Shown one piece after another: positions 18,644-30,407 of a stretch of DNA of 64,000 nucleotides. Position 1 is the stretch's first letter; each line of letters begins with the position of its first letter. Under the pieces are notes generated by a model that did no database searches, had not been told where the DNA came from, and was given only the letters and a program-made list of their open reading frames with translations. Origin of the DNA: an uncultured Chloroflexia bacterium (GTDB lineage Bacteria > Chloroflexota > Limnocylindria > Limnocylindrales > CSP1-4); assembly GCA_963713975.1 (NCBI GenBank), contig OY970218.1, positions 1,312,001-1,376,000 of the forward strand. The letters run 5' to 3'. The position numbers and the translations under genes were made by a program.

Positions 18644-19293
18644 GCAACGCCCCGATCGTGGCCGACGGCGACGCGGTGCGAGCCGAGGCCGTGGAGCTCC
18701 TGCGCGCCGGCCGGATCGTCGCCCTGCCCACGGACACGGTGTATGGCATCGCGGCGGACCTCGCGCTGCCGGATGCCATCGAGCGGCTGTTCGCCGCCAA
18801 GCATCGGCCGCCCGAGAAGGCGGTCGCGGTGCTGCTGGCGGACCTGGAGCAGGCGTGGACGCTGGGCGAGATGACGCCGCACGCGAAGGTGCTGGGCGAG
18901 CGCTTCTGGCCGGGCGGCCTGACCCTCGTCCTGCGCGTGCTGCCGACTGCCGTCCTGCCGCGGGTCCTGGCCTCTGGCCTGCCGACCATCGGCGCCCGGG
19001 TGCCCGATCATCCCGCACCACGTGCGCTTGCCCGCGCGCTCGGCCCCCTGCCGACCACGTCGGCGAACCTCACCGGAGAGCCGGACGCCCGAGATGCCGC
19101 GGAGGTGGCCGTACGCCTGGGTGACGCCGTCGCCCTGGTGATCGACGGCGGTCCGATTTCCGGTGGGCCCGCGTCGACCGTCGTCGACTGCACGCTCGAC
19201 CTCCCGGTGATCCTGCGGCAGGGCGCGATCCCGGCAGGGCGGATCGCCGAGGCGCTGCAGGAGGCCGGGCTCCACCACGCGATCGAGTCCTAG
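18640..19293 (+). CDS. tsaC: L-threonylcarbamoyladenylate synthase (TsaC/YrdC)
   Basis: ALPTDTVYG, KHRP, FWPGGLT, TTSAN, STVVD. Confidence 0.92.
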   Translation: MSNAPIVADGDAVRAEAVELLRAGRIVALPTDTVYGIAADLALPDAIERLFAAKHRPPEKAVAVLLADLEQAWTLGEMTPHAKVLGERFWPGGLTLVLRVLPTAVLPRVLASGLPTIGARVPDHPAPRALARALGPLPTTSANLTGEPDARDAAEVAVRLGDAVALVIDGGPISGGPASTVVDCTLDLPVILRQGAIPAGRIAEALQEAGLHHAIES

Positions 19294-19416
19294 CTCCGCG
19301 GCTCGCCGCCAACCCTCCCCCCTTAGCGGTAGCGGCGCAGGCCCCGGAGCCCCGCCACCGCGAGGCGTGGGAGAATAGGCTCCCGAATCCGTTCGTCCAC
19401 GCCAGGAGGTCCCGCC

Positions 19417-20754
19417 GTGTCCCAGGCCGCCGTGCCGTCCGCCGCTTGGGCGTCCATCGCCGAGGTGGACCCGGAAGTGTGGGCCGCGATGGAGGCGGAG
19501 CGGCATCGCCAGGCCGACAAGATCGAGCTGATCGCCAGCGAGAACTACGTGTACTCCGCGGTCGAGGAGGCGCAGGGCTCGTGGCTCACGAACAAGTACG
19601 CGGAGGGCCTCCCCGGCAGGCGCTACTACGGCGGCTGCGAGCACGTGGACGTCGCGGAGAACCTGGCCCGGGACCGTGCGCTCGCCCTGTTCCCGGGCAG
19701 CGAGCACGTCAACGTCCAGCCCCACTCGGGCGCGCAGGCCAACATGGCCGCCTACTTCTCGGTCCTGCGGCCCGGTGACCGGATCCTGGGCATGAGCCTC
19801 GCGCACGGGGGCCACCTCACGCACGGGTCGCCGGTCAACTTCTCCGGACGGCTCTACGAGGTTCACGCGTACGGTGTCGACCGCGACACCGAGCGGATCG
19901 ACTACGACGTCCTCGAGGCCCAGGCGCAAGAGGTCCGGCCGAAGCTGGTCGTTGCCGGTGCGTCCGCCTATCCGCGCACCTGGGACTTCGAGCGGCTCGC
20001 CGCCATCGCCCATAGTGTCGGAGCCATGCTGCTCGTGGACATGGCTCACTTCGCGGGGCTCGTGGCAGCCGGCCTCCATCCGAGCCCCTTTCCACATGCC
20101 GACCTGGTGACGACGACCACCCACAAGACCCTGCGCGGACCGCGCGGCGGCCTGGTGTTCGCCCGGTCGAACCTGCCCGAGGGCGTGGACCCGGCAGACT
20201 TCCCGGCGCTGGGCCGGAACACGCTGGCCCAGGCGATCGACAAGAGCGTCTTCCCGGGCGTACAGGGTGGGCCCCTCATGCACGTCGTGGCCGCCAAGGC
20301 CGTCGCGCTCCGCCTCGCTGCGACCGAGGACTTCCGCCGCGACCAGGCACGCACCATCGAGAATGCCCAGGTCCTGGCCGAGACGATGGCGGCGGCGGGC
20401 GCGCGACTCGTGAGCGGCGGCACGGACAATCATCTCGCCCTCGTGGACGTGACGCCGCTGGGCGTCACCGGGCGCGAGGCGGAGGCGCTCCTCGACGACG
20501 TGGCGATCACGGTCAACAAGAACGCCATCCCGTTCGACGTCAACAAGCCGAACATCGCCTCGGGGATCCGGATTGGCACGCCCGCCACCACCACGCGGGG
20601 CATGGGTCCCGACGAGATGCGGAAGATCGGCGGCTGGGTCGTGGAGGCGCTGCGGGACCGCGATGAGGCCGGGGTTCACGACCGGATCCGCGCCGGCGTC
20701 CGGGAGCTCGTGAGCAGGTTCCCCGTTCCCGGCCTCCCGCGCGACCGCGCCTAG
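19417..20754 (+). CDS. glyA: Serine hydroxymethyltransferase
   Basis: [42 protein letters not shown]; AGGAGG RBS. Confidence 0.97.
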   Translation: MSQAAVPSAAWASIAEVDPEVWAAMEAERHRQADKIELIASENYVYSAVEEAQGSWLTNKYAEGLPGRRYYGGCEHVDVAENLARDRALALFPGSEHVNVQPHSGAQANMAAYFSVLRPGDRILGMSLAHGGHLTHGSPVNFSGRLYEVHAYGVDRDTERIDYDVLEAQAQEVRPKLVVAGASAYPRTWDFERLAAIAHSVGAMLLVDMAHFAGLVAAGLHPSPFPHADLVTTTTHKTLRGPRGGLVFARSNLPEGVDPADFPALGRNTLAQAIDKSVFPGVQGGPLMHVVAAKAVALRLAATEDFRRDQARTIENAQVLAETMAAAGARLVSGGTDNHLALVDVTPLGVTGREAEALLDDVAITVNKNAIPFDVNKPNIASGIRIGTPATTTRGMGPDEMRKIGGWVVEALRDRDEAGVHDRIRAGVRELVSRFPVPGLPRDRA

Positions 20755-20767
20755 GAGCGGACAGGCC

Positions 20768-21889
20768 ATGCGGCTGATCCCGATGTTCGGCGAGATCCTG
20801 CCGTCCCTCCTCGCCGCGTTCATCGTCGCAGCCCTGCTGTCCCTCGTCCTCACCCCGCTCGTCCGCCGGGTCGCCGTCAGGCTCGGCAACATCGACCAGC
20901 CGGACGCCCGCCGGGTCAACAAGGCGCCGATCCCGAGGGGTGGAGGTGTCGCCGTCGCCGTCTCGTTCCTGGTCGTGGTGGTCGCCGGGATCGCGATCAA
21001 CAGCCAGACGGGTGACGTGCCCGCGCCGCGGATCCTCAATCCCTACGAGCTCGCGGCGCTCATCGCCGGCGGGGCGGTGGCGACCGTGCTCGGTGTCCTC
21101 GACGACACGTTCCAGCTGCGGGCCCGGTGGCAGCTCCTGGGGCAGCTCCTGCTCGCGGTGATCGCCGTGAGCGCGGGCATCCTCGTGACCTACATCAACA
21201 ACCCGTTCGGACCCGGGTCCATCAGCCTGACGGGGCCGTATGCGATCGGCTTCACGATGCTGTGGATCGTGGGGATGATCAACAGCATCAACTTCATCGA
21301 TGGCCTGGACGGGCTCTCGACCGGCATCTCCCTGATCGCTTCCGCGACGCTCGGCCTGATCTCGCTGACCACCGCCGTCGCGCAGCCATTCATCGCGGTC
21401 CTGTGCTTCGCCCTCGCCGGGTCTCTGCTCGGGTTCCTGCGCTGGAACTTCCACCCAGCGACGATCTTCATCGGCACCAGCGGGGTGATGTTCGTGGGCT
21501 ACACGCTGGCCGTGCTGTCGATCCTGGGTACGGCCAAGGTCGCCGTTGCGCTGCTGGTCCTGGGCGTGCCCATCATCGACACGTTCTGGATCATCGTCCG
21601 CCGCACCGCCACCGGCCGCTCGCCGTTCACGCCTGACCGGGGCCACATCCACCACCGGCTGCTGGACCTGGGGCTGTCGCACAGCCAGACCGTGCTGGTC
21701 ATCTACGGCCTGTGCATCGCGCTGGCGGTGATGTCCCTGGTGCTGTCCGGGACCGGCCAGCTGTACGCGTTCATGGGCCTGGCCCTCGTGTTCGGCCTGG
21801 TGCTGTTCGTGGTCACGCGTGGCGAGACCGGTGACGCTCTCGAGGCCGAGACCTACGACGAGGTGCCTCCGTCGAGGCCGGCGCCGTGA
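20768..21889 (+). CDS. Undecaprenyl-phosphate GlcNAc-1-phosphate transferase (WecA/TagO, MraY-like family)
   Basis: PIPRGGG, GVLDD, NSINFIDGLDGL, WNFHPATIF, DRGHIHHRL. Confidence 0.9.
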   Translation: MRLIPMFGEILPSLLAAFIVAALLSLVLTPLVRRVAVRLGNIDQPDARRVNKAPIPRGGGVAVAVSFLVVVVAGIAINSQTGDVPAPRILNPYELAALIAGGAVATVLGVLDDTFQLRARWQLLGQLLLAVIAVSAGILVTYINNPFGPGSISLTGPYAIGFTMLWIVGMINSINFIDGLDGLSTGISLIASATLGLISLTTAVAQPFIAVLCFALAGSLLGFLRWNFHPATIFIGTSGVMFVGYTLAVLSILGTAKVAVALLVLGVPIIDTFWIIVRRTATGRSPFTPDRGHIHHRLLDLGLSHSQTVLVIYGLCIALAVMSLVLSGTGQLYAFMGLALVFGLVLFVVTRGETGDALEAETYDEVPPSRPAP

Positions 21890-21980
21890 TCCCGCGCGGT
21901 CCGCGAGTGGGCCGGGTTTGCGGGTCATCCGGTGCTAGCATCCATGCGCCGGGCCGCGCTCGACGGCGGCGTGAGGGGCA

Positions 21981-22985
21981 ATGTCGCTGATCCAGGCGCT
22001 CATCATCGTCATCGCTGCGCTGCTGGTGGTCGCAGTGCTAGCGGTGCTGCTCCGCAGGCGTCGGCGGCGCCAGGAAGTGGAGGCCGCGGCCGCGGCCGCC
22101 TCGGCCTTCCCGATGCTGACCGAGGCCGACATCTCGTATCGGATCGGGTTGGCCGAACGACCGCCCGGAGCCGAAGCCGGCGAGGGCTCCGCTGCGATCG
22201 ACGAGGAGGACACGCGGGCCGCGGCCGCGTTCGCTGCTGCTGCCGCAACCGCCAAGGCCCGGGCGGCCGCCTCGATGGCCGGCCCGAGTCCGGCGAGCGT
22301 ACTGCCAATCACGCCGCCGGCCGTCACCGCACCGGTCAGTGCAGGCGCGGTGAGGGCCGTGGCTCCGGCGCCCGAGCCACCGCCGGTCTCGACTCGATAC
22401 CGGCTCTGGCGCGATTCGGCGGCCGTCCTGCTTGTGGCGTGCGTGGCGGTGCTCGCCGTCACCACCTTCGTGCCGGCCCTCTCGGCCAAGCCCGGCCCGA
22501 CCGCCGGCCCATCGGCGATCGCCGTGCTCGAGGCGCCATCGCCCAGCCCCACGCCGACCGCGGCACCGACGCCTACCGTGACGCCCAGCCCGTCGCCGTC
22601 CCCCAGCCCCTCGCCCACGCCCACCGCGACGGCATCCCCGACCCCCAAGCCGACCCCCAAGCCGACCCCCAAGCCGACCCCCAAGCCGACCCCCAAGCCG
22701 ACCCCCAAGCCAACCCGCAAGCCCACGCCCAAGCCCACCCCCAAGCCGGCGGTGGCCAGGATCACGAGCAAGGTCTGCACGGGCACGGCCAAGTGGACCC
22801 TGAGTGCGAAGGCCTCCAGTGGCTGGACGTACTCGTGGAACTTCGACGGGATCATCAAGCGCGGCCAGACGGTCTCGAATGCCGCATGGTCGGGTCCGGG
22901 AGATCACACCGTGATCCTCACTGTGACCAGTACGCACGGCCCGGTGGCGCACGCATACACGGACGTCACGACCCCCTGCCCCTAG
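21981..22985 (+). CDS. Membrane-anchored Pro/Thr/Lys-rich protein with a C-terminal PKD-like domain
   Basis: Two TM segments; (PTPK)n stalk; YSWNFDG...[11 protein letters not shown]. Confidence 0.7.
   Translation: MSLIQALIIVIAALLVVAVLAVLLRRRRRRQEVEAAAAAASAFPMLTEADISYRIGLAERPPGAEAGEGSAAIDEEDTRAAAAFAAAAATAKARAAASMAGPSPASVLPITPPAVTAPVSAGAVRAVAPAPEPPPVSTRYRLWRDSAAVLLVACVAVLAVTTFVPALSAKPGPTAGPSAIAVLEAPSPSPTPTAAPTPTVTPSPSPSPSPSPTPTATASPTPKPTPKPTPKPTPKPTPKPTPKPTRKPTPKPTPKPAVARITSKVCTGTAKWTLSAKASSGWTYSWNFDGIIKRGQTVSNAAWSGPGDHTVILTVTSTHGPVAHAYTDVTTPCP
22638..22748 (+). repeat. 12-bp coding tandem repeat CCGACCCCCAAG, 6 perfect and 3 degenerate copies
   Basis: Read directly from the sequence; encodes PTPK. 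Confidence 0.9.
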
Positions 22986-23033
22986 CCTTGGAACCGAACC
23001 CGGATCGCTCCGTTTCGGACCCCCTGTACCCTC

Positions 23034-23042
23034 TGGTATAGT
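23034..23042 (+). promoter_or_regulatory. Probable extended -10 promoter of the atp operon
   Basis: TGgTATAGT upstream of atpZ/atpI. Confidence 0.55.
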
Positions 23043-23066
23043 CACTCGCGCGGTGAACGATCGCCC

Positions 23067-23279
23067 ATGAACGCTGGTTTCGGATACCTCGCGCTGTTCT
23101 CCGAGATCGGCTTGGTCCTTCTTGTGACGACCCTCGCCGGCGTGGCGGCGGGCTACTGGCTGGACCAGCGGCTCGGAACGCAACCGCTATTCGTTCTCGT
23201 CGGCTTTCTCGCCGGCGCAGGGCTCGGAGCGGTCGCGATCCACCGCCTGGTAACGCGGTTCCTGAAGCGGTTGGATTGA
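23067..23279 (+). CDS. atpI: AtpZ/AtpI-family 2-TM protein
   Basis: GVAAGYWLDQRLGTQPLFVLVG motif; first gene of the atp operon. Confidence 0.85.
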   Translation: MNAGFGYLALFSEIGLVLLVTTLAGVAAGYWLDQRLGTQPLFVLVGFLAGAGLGAVAIHRLVTRFLKRLD

Positions 23280-23376
23280 CCGGCCACGGAACGGGCACGG
23301 ATGATGCGTGGCCGATGGCCGCGCCGCTGCTTGGAGGAATTGTGACGCGCGAAAGCTGGGTGGAGGAAGCGGGCCG

Positions 23377-24342
23377 ATGAGCCGTCGCAACCGCATCCTG
23401 TTGATGCTCGCGGCCGTCATCGTCATCGACGTCATCGCGTTCCTCGTCGTACCCCCGTACGACCCGCTGGCCGCGGAGGGCGCCGCGGCCGAGTGCGTCT
23501 ACCCGATCTGCTTCATCAACGGCAACCTCGAGCTGCCGGCGCCCCACGCCGTGATCCCGCCGGGCCACCACACGCCGCCGGGCCTCGTGGTCTTCGACGT
23601 GAGCATCTCCTCCACGCTGCTGACGCTTTGGATCGTGGCCGTCGTCGTGATCCTCTCGTTCTGGCTGATGACCCGGGGCGCGAAGATGGTCCCCACCGGC
23701 CGCCAGAACGTTGCCGAGTGGATCTTCGAGAGCCTGGAGAACTTCGCCATGTCGCTGGGCGGCCCGGGGGCGAAGCCCTACATCCCGCTGTTCGCGGCCT
23801 TCTTCCTCCTGATCCTGTTCAGCAACTGGTCCGGTCTCATCCCAGGCGTCGGACGGGTGATCTGGTTCCGCGCCCCCACCAGCGACGTGAACGTCACGAT
23901 CGGCCTCGCCCTGGTTGCGTTCTCCTTCTTCCAGTACCAGGGCTTCAAGCACCTGGGCGTGGGCTACCTCGGCAAGTTCTTCCCCGTGTACGAGTTCAAG
24001 AAGGGGATCGGGGCGGGACTCATCGCCATGTTCGTGGGCCTCGTGGAGCTGCTCCTTGAGTTCGTCAAGCCCGTCACGCTGTCGATGCGACTCTTCGGCA
24101 ACATCTACGGTGGCGAGGTCGCCCTCGGCGTCCTCACTGCTCTGACGGTGGCGCTTATCCCCCTCGCCATGTACGCCCTCGAGGTCATGCTGAACCTCGT
24201 CCAGGCGCTCATCTTCAGCACGCTCACACTCATGTTCACCTTGGCGGCGATCGAGCATCACGGCGACGAGCACGATGAGAAGCACGAGCCGCACCCCATT
24301 TCCGCGGATCCCGAGCTGGCGACAGCCGGGACCCACGGATAA
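23377..24342 (+). CDS. atpB: ATP synthase Fo subunit a
   Basis: PTGRQN, APTSDVN, KPVTLSMRLFGN (essential Arg), VQALIF. Confidence 0.95.
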   Translation: MSRRNRILLMLAAVIVIDVIAFLVVPPYDPLAAEGAAAECVYPICFINGNLELPAPHAVIPPGHHTPPGLVVFDVSISSTLLTLWIVAVVVILSFWLMTRGAKMVPTGRQNVAEWIFESLENFAMSLGGPGAKPYIPLFAAFFLLILFSNWSGLIPGVGRVIWFRAPTSDVNVTIGLALVAFSFFQYQGFKHLGVGYLGKFFPVYEFKKGIGAGLIAMFVGLVELLLEFVKPVTLSMRLFGNIYGGEVALGVLTALTVALIPLAMYALEVMLNLVQALIFSTLTLMFTLAAIEHHGDEHDEKHEPHPISADPELATAGTHG

Positions 24343-24393
24343 CCCAGGCACCTGAACCCGGCCAACCCCGGGTCGAATGGAGGGTCTCACTCG

Positions 24394-24606
24394 ATGGAAG
24401 CGATTGGCGCCGGCATCGCCGCTCTCGGCGTCCTTGGCCCCGGCATCGGCATCGGCATCCTCGCCGGCATGTCGAGCAGCGCAATTGGCCGCAACCCGGA
24501 TGCCGCAGGTCAGATCCGCGGTCTCGCCATCATCCTGGCGGCCTTCGCCGAGGGCCTTGGCGTGCTCGCGATCGTCGTCGGCCTCCTCGCGATCTTCGCC
24601 GCGTAG
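24394..24606 (+). CDS. atpE: ATP synthase Fo subunit c (H+-type)
   Basis: GPGIGIG, RNP loop, AFAEG; no Na+-type Q...ES/T signature; GGAGG RBS. Confidence 0.95.
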   Translation: MEAIGAGIAALGVLGPGIGIGILAGMSSSAIGRNPDAAGQIRGLAIILAAFAEGLGVLAIVVGLLAIFAA

Positions 24607-24615
24607 TCGCCGGCC

Positions 24616-25191
24616 GTGAATATCCTCGCCCTCGTCCGTGATGGCGCCCGCCAGGTCGCTGCACTGTCCGCTGAGGGCGGTGGGGGGGCCTCGGAGCCGT
24701 TCCAGATCAACCTGTTCTGGATCATCGTCGCGGCGAGCACGTTCGTGCTGTTCTTCTTCCTGATCCGTGAGTTCGCGCTCGCGGGGCTACAGAAGACCCT
24801 GAACGAGCGCCGCGAGCGCATCGAGCAGGGGCTCAAGGACGCGGAACAGGCCCGCAGGGATCGTGAGTCGGCGGAGCAGGAGCGGCTGGCCGCCGTCCAG
24901 GAGGCCCGCCGCGAGGCGAACGAGATCATCAACCGCGCCCAGAAGGTGGCGTCGGAGACGCGCGAACAGGACATCGCGGCCACCCGCGAGGAGCTGACGC
25001 GCATGAAGGAGCGTGCCGCCGCCGAGATCGACGCCGAGAAGCAGCGCGCCATCGCCGAGCTGCGCGGTGAGGTCACGGACCTCGCGCTCGCGGCCGCCGG
25101 GCGCGTCGTCGGCGATGCGATGACGTCCGATCGCCAGCGCAAGCTGGTCGCGGACTTCCTCGCCGAGCCCACCGGCGGTTCCAACAACTGA
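24616..25191 (+). CDS. atpF: ATP synthase Fo subunit b
   Basis: TM helix followed by the coiled coil LNERRERIEQGL...; operon position. Confidence 0.92.
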   Translation: MNILALVRDGARQVAALSAEGGGGASEPFQINLFWIIVAASTFVLFFFLIREFALAGLQKTLNERRERIEQGLKDAEQARRDRESAEQERLAAVQEARREANEIINRAQKVASETREQDIAATREELTRMKERAAAEIDAEKQRAIAELRGEVTDLALAAAGRVVGDAMTSDRQRKLVADFLAEPTGGSNN

Positions 25192-25742
25192 TGAGCCGCA
25201 CCGTCGCTGCAGCGCGCCGCTACGCGGAGGCCGCCTTCCAAGTGGCCCTCGCCGAAGGCCGCCTCGACGGCTGGCAGTCGGACCTCGCCACCGCGGTGGC
25301 GCTGCTGGGTCGGCCCGATGTCGAGCCGATCGTGCACAGCCCCGCCATCCCGCTCACGGAGCGGGTGGGGGTCGTGCGCGAGCTCCTGGAGCCACGGATC
25401 GCCCGTGGCCCACTGCGCCTGGTCACGCTCGTCGTGGAGCGAGGCAAGGTGCATGCCCTGCCACGCATCAGCGAGGAGTACACGCGCCTGCTCAACGCCC
25501 ACAACGGTGTGGTCACGGCGACGGTCACCAGCGCCGTGCCGCTCACCCCAGACGAGACCGCCGCGATCCGGAGCCGGGTCGAGGCGATGGCCGGTTCCCG
25601 GATCGACCTCCGTGAGGAGATCGATCCCGCCCTCATCGGCGGGCTCACGATCCAGGTCCGCGACCGGCTCCTCGACGCCTCGATTCGCGGCCGCCTCGAG
25701 CGGCTGCGCGACCAGCTTCACGCGGGGGGACGCCTCCGCTAG
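25191..25742 (+). CDS. atpH: ATP synthase F1 subunit delta
   Basis: ARRYAEA, VTSAVPL, IDPALIGG, DASIRGRL. Confidence 0.93.
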   Translation: MSRTVAAARRYAEAAFQVALAEGRLDGWQSDLATAVALLGRPDVEPIVHSPAIPLTERVGVVRELLEPRIARGPLRLVTLVVERGKVHALPRISEEYTRLLNAHNGVVTATVTSAVPLTPDETAAIRSRVEAMAGSRIDLREEIDPALIGGLTIQVRDRLLDASIRGRLERLRDQLHAGGRLR

Positions 25743-25811
25743 CCCCCCGCCCGCGTCGCCGGTCACGAGCCGGCGCGAACGGGAGCCTGCGAACGCCCAC
25801 ACGGAGACGCC

Positions 25812-27344
25812 ATGGCCATCCGGTCAGACGAGATCATCAGCATCATCAAGAGCCAGATCGCCGACTTCGACGGTTCGACGGAGACCCGCAGCGTCGGAAC
25901 CGTCGTCGAGGTCGGTGACGGCATCGCCCAGGTCTATGGGCTCGACGCCGCCCTCATGTCCGAGCTGCTCGAGTTCCCCGGCGGGGTGATGGGCATGGCC
26001 CTCAACCTCGAAGAGGAGACGGTTGGCGCGGTCATCCTGGGCAACGCCAACTCCATCAAGGAGGGCGACCGCGTCCGCACGACAGGCCGCGTCGTCGAGG
26101 TCCCGGTGGGCGAGGCGCTCCTGGGGCGCGTCGTGGACCCGCTGGGACGTCCGCTGGACGGCAAGGGCGAGATCGCGGCCACGAGGACCCGCCCGGTTGA
26201 GCGCATCGCCCCGGGCGTCATCACCCGCAAGTCGGTGGACACCCCGGTCCAGACCGGGATCAAGGCCGTGGACGCGCTGATCCCGATCGGCCGCGGCCAG
26301 CGTGAGCTGATCATCGGCGACCGCCAGACCGGCAAGACCGCCATCGCCATCGATACGATCATCAACCAGAAGGGCGGCGACCTCGTCTGCATCTACGTCG
26401 CGATCGGACAGAAGCTGTCCACCGTGGCCCAGACTGTCGCGACGCTCGAGAAGTACGGCGCGATGGAGCACACGATCGTCGTCGTCGCCGGCGCCGAGGA
26501 CCCCGCACCGCTCCAGTACCTCGCCCCGTACAGCGGCGTGGCGATGGGCGAGGAGGTCATGGAGGCCGGTGTCGAGATCGGCGGGCGGCTGGTCAAGGAC
26601 GCGCTGTGCGTCTACGACGACCTGTCCAAGCACGCCTGGGCCTATCGCGAGATGGCCCTGCTCCTCCGCCGGCCGCCCGGTCGCGAGGCATACCCCGGCG
26701 ACGTGTTCTACCTCCACAGCCGACTCCTCGAGCGTGCAGCGCGCATGAACGACGAGAACGGCGGCGGCTCCCTGACGGCCCTGCCGATCATCGAGACCCA
26801 GGCGAATGACGTCTCCGCCTACATCCCGACCAACGTGATCTCGATCACGGACGGCCAGATCTTCCTCGAGACAGACCTCTTCAACGCCGGCCAGCGACCG
26901 GCCATGAACATCGGCATCTCGGTCAGCCGCGTCGGATCGGCGGCCCAGACCAAGGCGATGAAGAAGGTGGCCGGTCCGCTCAAGCTGGATCTCGCGCAGT
27001 ACCGCGCCCTCGCGGCCTTCGCGCAGTTCGCAGGAGACCTCGACAAGGCCACCCGAGACCAGCTGAACCGGGGCGAGAAGCTGTCCGAGATCGTCAAGCA
27101 GCCGCAGTACCAGCCGCTCCCGGTCGAGAAGCAGGTCGCGATCCTCGTGGCCGCGACCACCGGCAAGCTGGACGACGTCCCGACCCCCAGGGTCAAGGAG
27201 TTCGAGGCGCAGCTGTACCGCTTCCTGGAGACGGAGCGCCCTCAGATCCTCGAGGACCTCGCGAAGGGGAAGGCCCTGACCGACGAGATCTCGGCGGCTC
27301 TCGACGAGGCGATCGACGCCTTCCGCCAGGGCTTCCTGGCGTAG
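25812..27344 (+). CDS. atpA: ATP synthase F1 subunit alpha
   Basis: [28 protein letters not shown]. Confidence 0.98.
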   Translation: MAIRSDEIISIIKSQIADFDGSTETRSVGTVVEVGDGIAQVYGLDAALMSELLEFPGGVMGMALNLEEETVGAVILGNANSIKEGDRVRTTGRVVEVPVGEALLGRVVDPLGRPLDGKGEIAATRTRPVERIAPGVITRKSVDTPVQTGIKAVDALIPIGRGQRELIIGDRQTGKTAIAIDTIINQKGGDLVCIYVAIGQKLSTVAQTVATLEKYGAMEHTIVVVAGAEDPAPLQYLAPYSGVAMGEEVMEAGVEIGGRLVKDALCVYDDLSKHAWAYREMALLLRRPPGREAYPGDVFYLHSRLLERAARMNDENGGGSLTALPIIETQANDVSAYIPTNVISITDGQIFLETDLFNAGQRPAMNIGISVSRVGSAAQTKAMKKVAGPLKLDLAQYRALAAFAQFAGDLDKATRDQLNRGEKLSEIVKQPQYQPLPVEKQVAILVAATTGKLDDVPTPRVKEFEAQLYRFLETERPQILEDLAKGKALTDEISAALDEAIDAFRQGFLA

Positions 27345-27360
27345 GGCGGGGTAGACGGAC

Positions 27361-28222
27361 ATGCCCAGCCAGCGTGGAGATTCGCCGACGCATCGGGTCG
27401 GCGAAGAACATCAAGCAGATCACCCGGGCGATGCAGTTCGTCGCGGCCTCCAAGCTGCGTCGGGCACAGGAATCCACGCTGGCCGCCCGGCCCTACCGGC
27501 AGACGCTCGACGAGGTCATCGCCGACCTGTCCGCCGTCCTCGGCACGGACGACCACCCGCTCCTGGGCGGCCGCGACCTGCGCGCCGACCACAACCGGCT
27601 GATCGTCATCATGACCTCGGACCGGGGCCTCGCCGGCGCGCTCAACACCAACACGGTCCGCTTCGTGGCCCGTGAGATCACCGAGCATCCGGGCGACCTC
27701 CGGGTCGTCCCGGTGGGCCGCAAGGGCCGCGATGCGATGCGCCGGGCCCGCGTGCCGATCGCCGCCTTCTTCGAGGGCTTCGGCGAGCGCCCGTCATTCG
27801 CCGACGTCCTGCCGATCGCGCGGCTCGTCTCCGACGACTTCGTGGCCGGCGTCTACGACCGCGTGGACGTCATCTATCCCCGGTTCGTGTCCACCCTGGT
27901 CCAGCGACCGGTGCTGGAGCAGCTGCTCCCGATCATCCCCACCGAGGACACGTCAGGCATCCCCGGCAACCAGTTCCTGTTCGAGCCCGACCCGGGCGCG
28001 TTCCTCGACGCGCTCCTGCCGCGCTACGTGGCCACGCGTCTCTACGCATCCGTCCTCGAGATGACGGCGAGCTTCTTCTCCAGCCAGATGGTCGCGATGA
28101 AGAACGCCACCGAAAACGCCGAGGAGCTCATCGACGATCTCACCCTGTCCTACAACAAGGTCCGTCAGGCCAACATCACTCGCGAGATGGTCGAAATCGC
28201 GAGCGGCGCCCAGGCTCGCTAG
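27361..28222 (+). CDS. atpG: ATP synthase F1 subunit gamma, with one extra G at 27376-27377 (or a GTG start at 27374)
   Basis: MPSQR then EIRRRIGSAKNIKQITRAM in the +1 frame; SDRGLAG; RQANITRE. Confidence 0.95.
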
Positions 28223-29972
<1,750 letters not shown>

Positions 29973-29975
29973 CTG

Positions 29976-30404
29976 ATGACCCTCCACCTCGAGATCGTCA
30001 CGCCCGAGCGGCTGGCGTACTCGGACGAGGTCGACATGGTCCTCGTGCCGGGCATCGCCGGCGAGCTGGGGATCCTGCCGCACCACACCCCGCTCGTCGG
30101 CCTCCTGGGCATGGGTGAGCTCAAGATCCGCAAGGGCGGTGACGAGGAGACCTTCGCCATCGTGGGCGGGTTCCTCCAGGTGCGGCCCGACAAGGTCGTG
30201 GTGATGGCCGAGACCGCGGACCTCGCCACGGACATCGATCTCGAGAAGGCGCAGGAGGCCCGTCGTGAGGCGGAGCGCGCGCTGGAGTCCGGGTACCACG
30301 AGGGCGCGGACCTGGCGGCTGCCCGGGCCCAGCTCCAGCAGGCCCTGCTCCGCGTCCGCGTCGCCGAACGCCGCCACCGGGAGGGCCCGCGCTCGCGCGG
30401 ATGA
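29976..30404 (+). CDS. atpC: ATP synthase F1 subunit epsilon
   Basis: LEIVTPER, GELGILPHHTP, GGFLQV. Confidence 0.96.
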   Translation: MTLHLEIVTPERLAYSDEVDMVLVPGIAGELGILPHHTPLVGLLGMGELKIRKGGDEETFAIVGGFLQVRPDKVVVMAETADLATDIDLEKAQEARREAERALESGYHEGADLAAARAQLQQALLRVRVAERRHREGPRSRG

Positions 30405-30407
30405 TCG

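Noticed and set aside
19294-19416. ZTP, THF or glycine riboswitch upstream of glyA
   Set aside because: I could not find the conserved motifs of these riboswitches; an Rfam scan would be decisive.
22638-22748. Tandem repeat as a CRISPR array
   Set aside because: 12-bp head-to-tail coding repeat without spacers; no cas genes.
24377-24619. atpE starting at ATG 24377 with a frameshift
   Set aside because: The GGAGG just after that ATG serves as the RBS for ATG 24394, which gives a complete c subunit.
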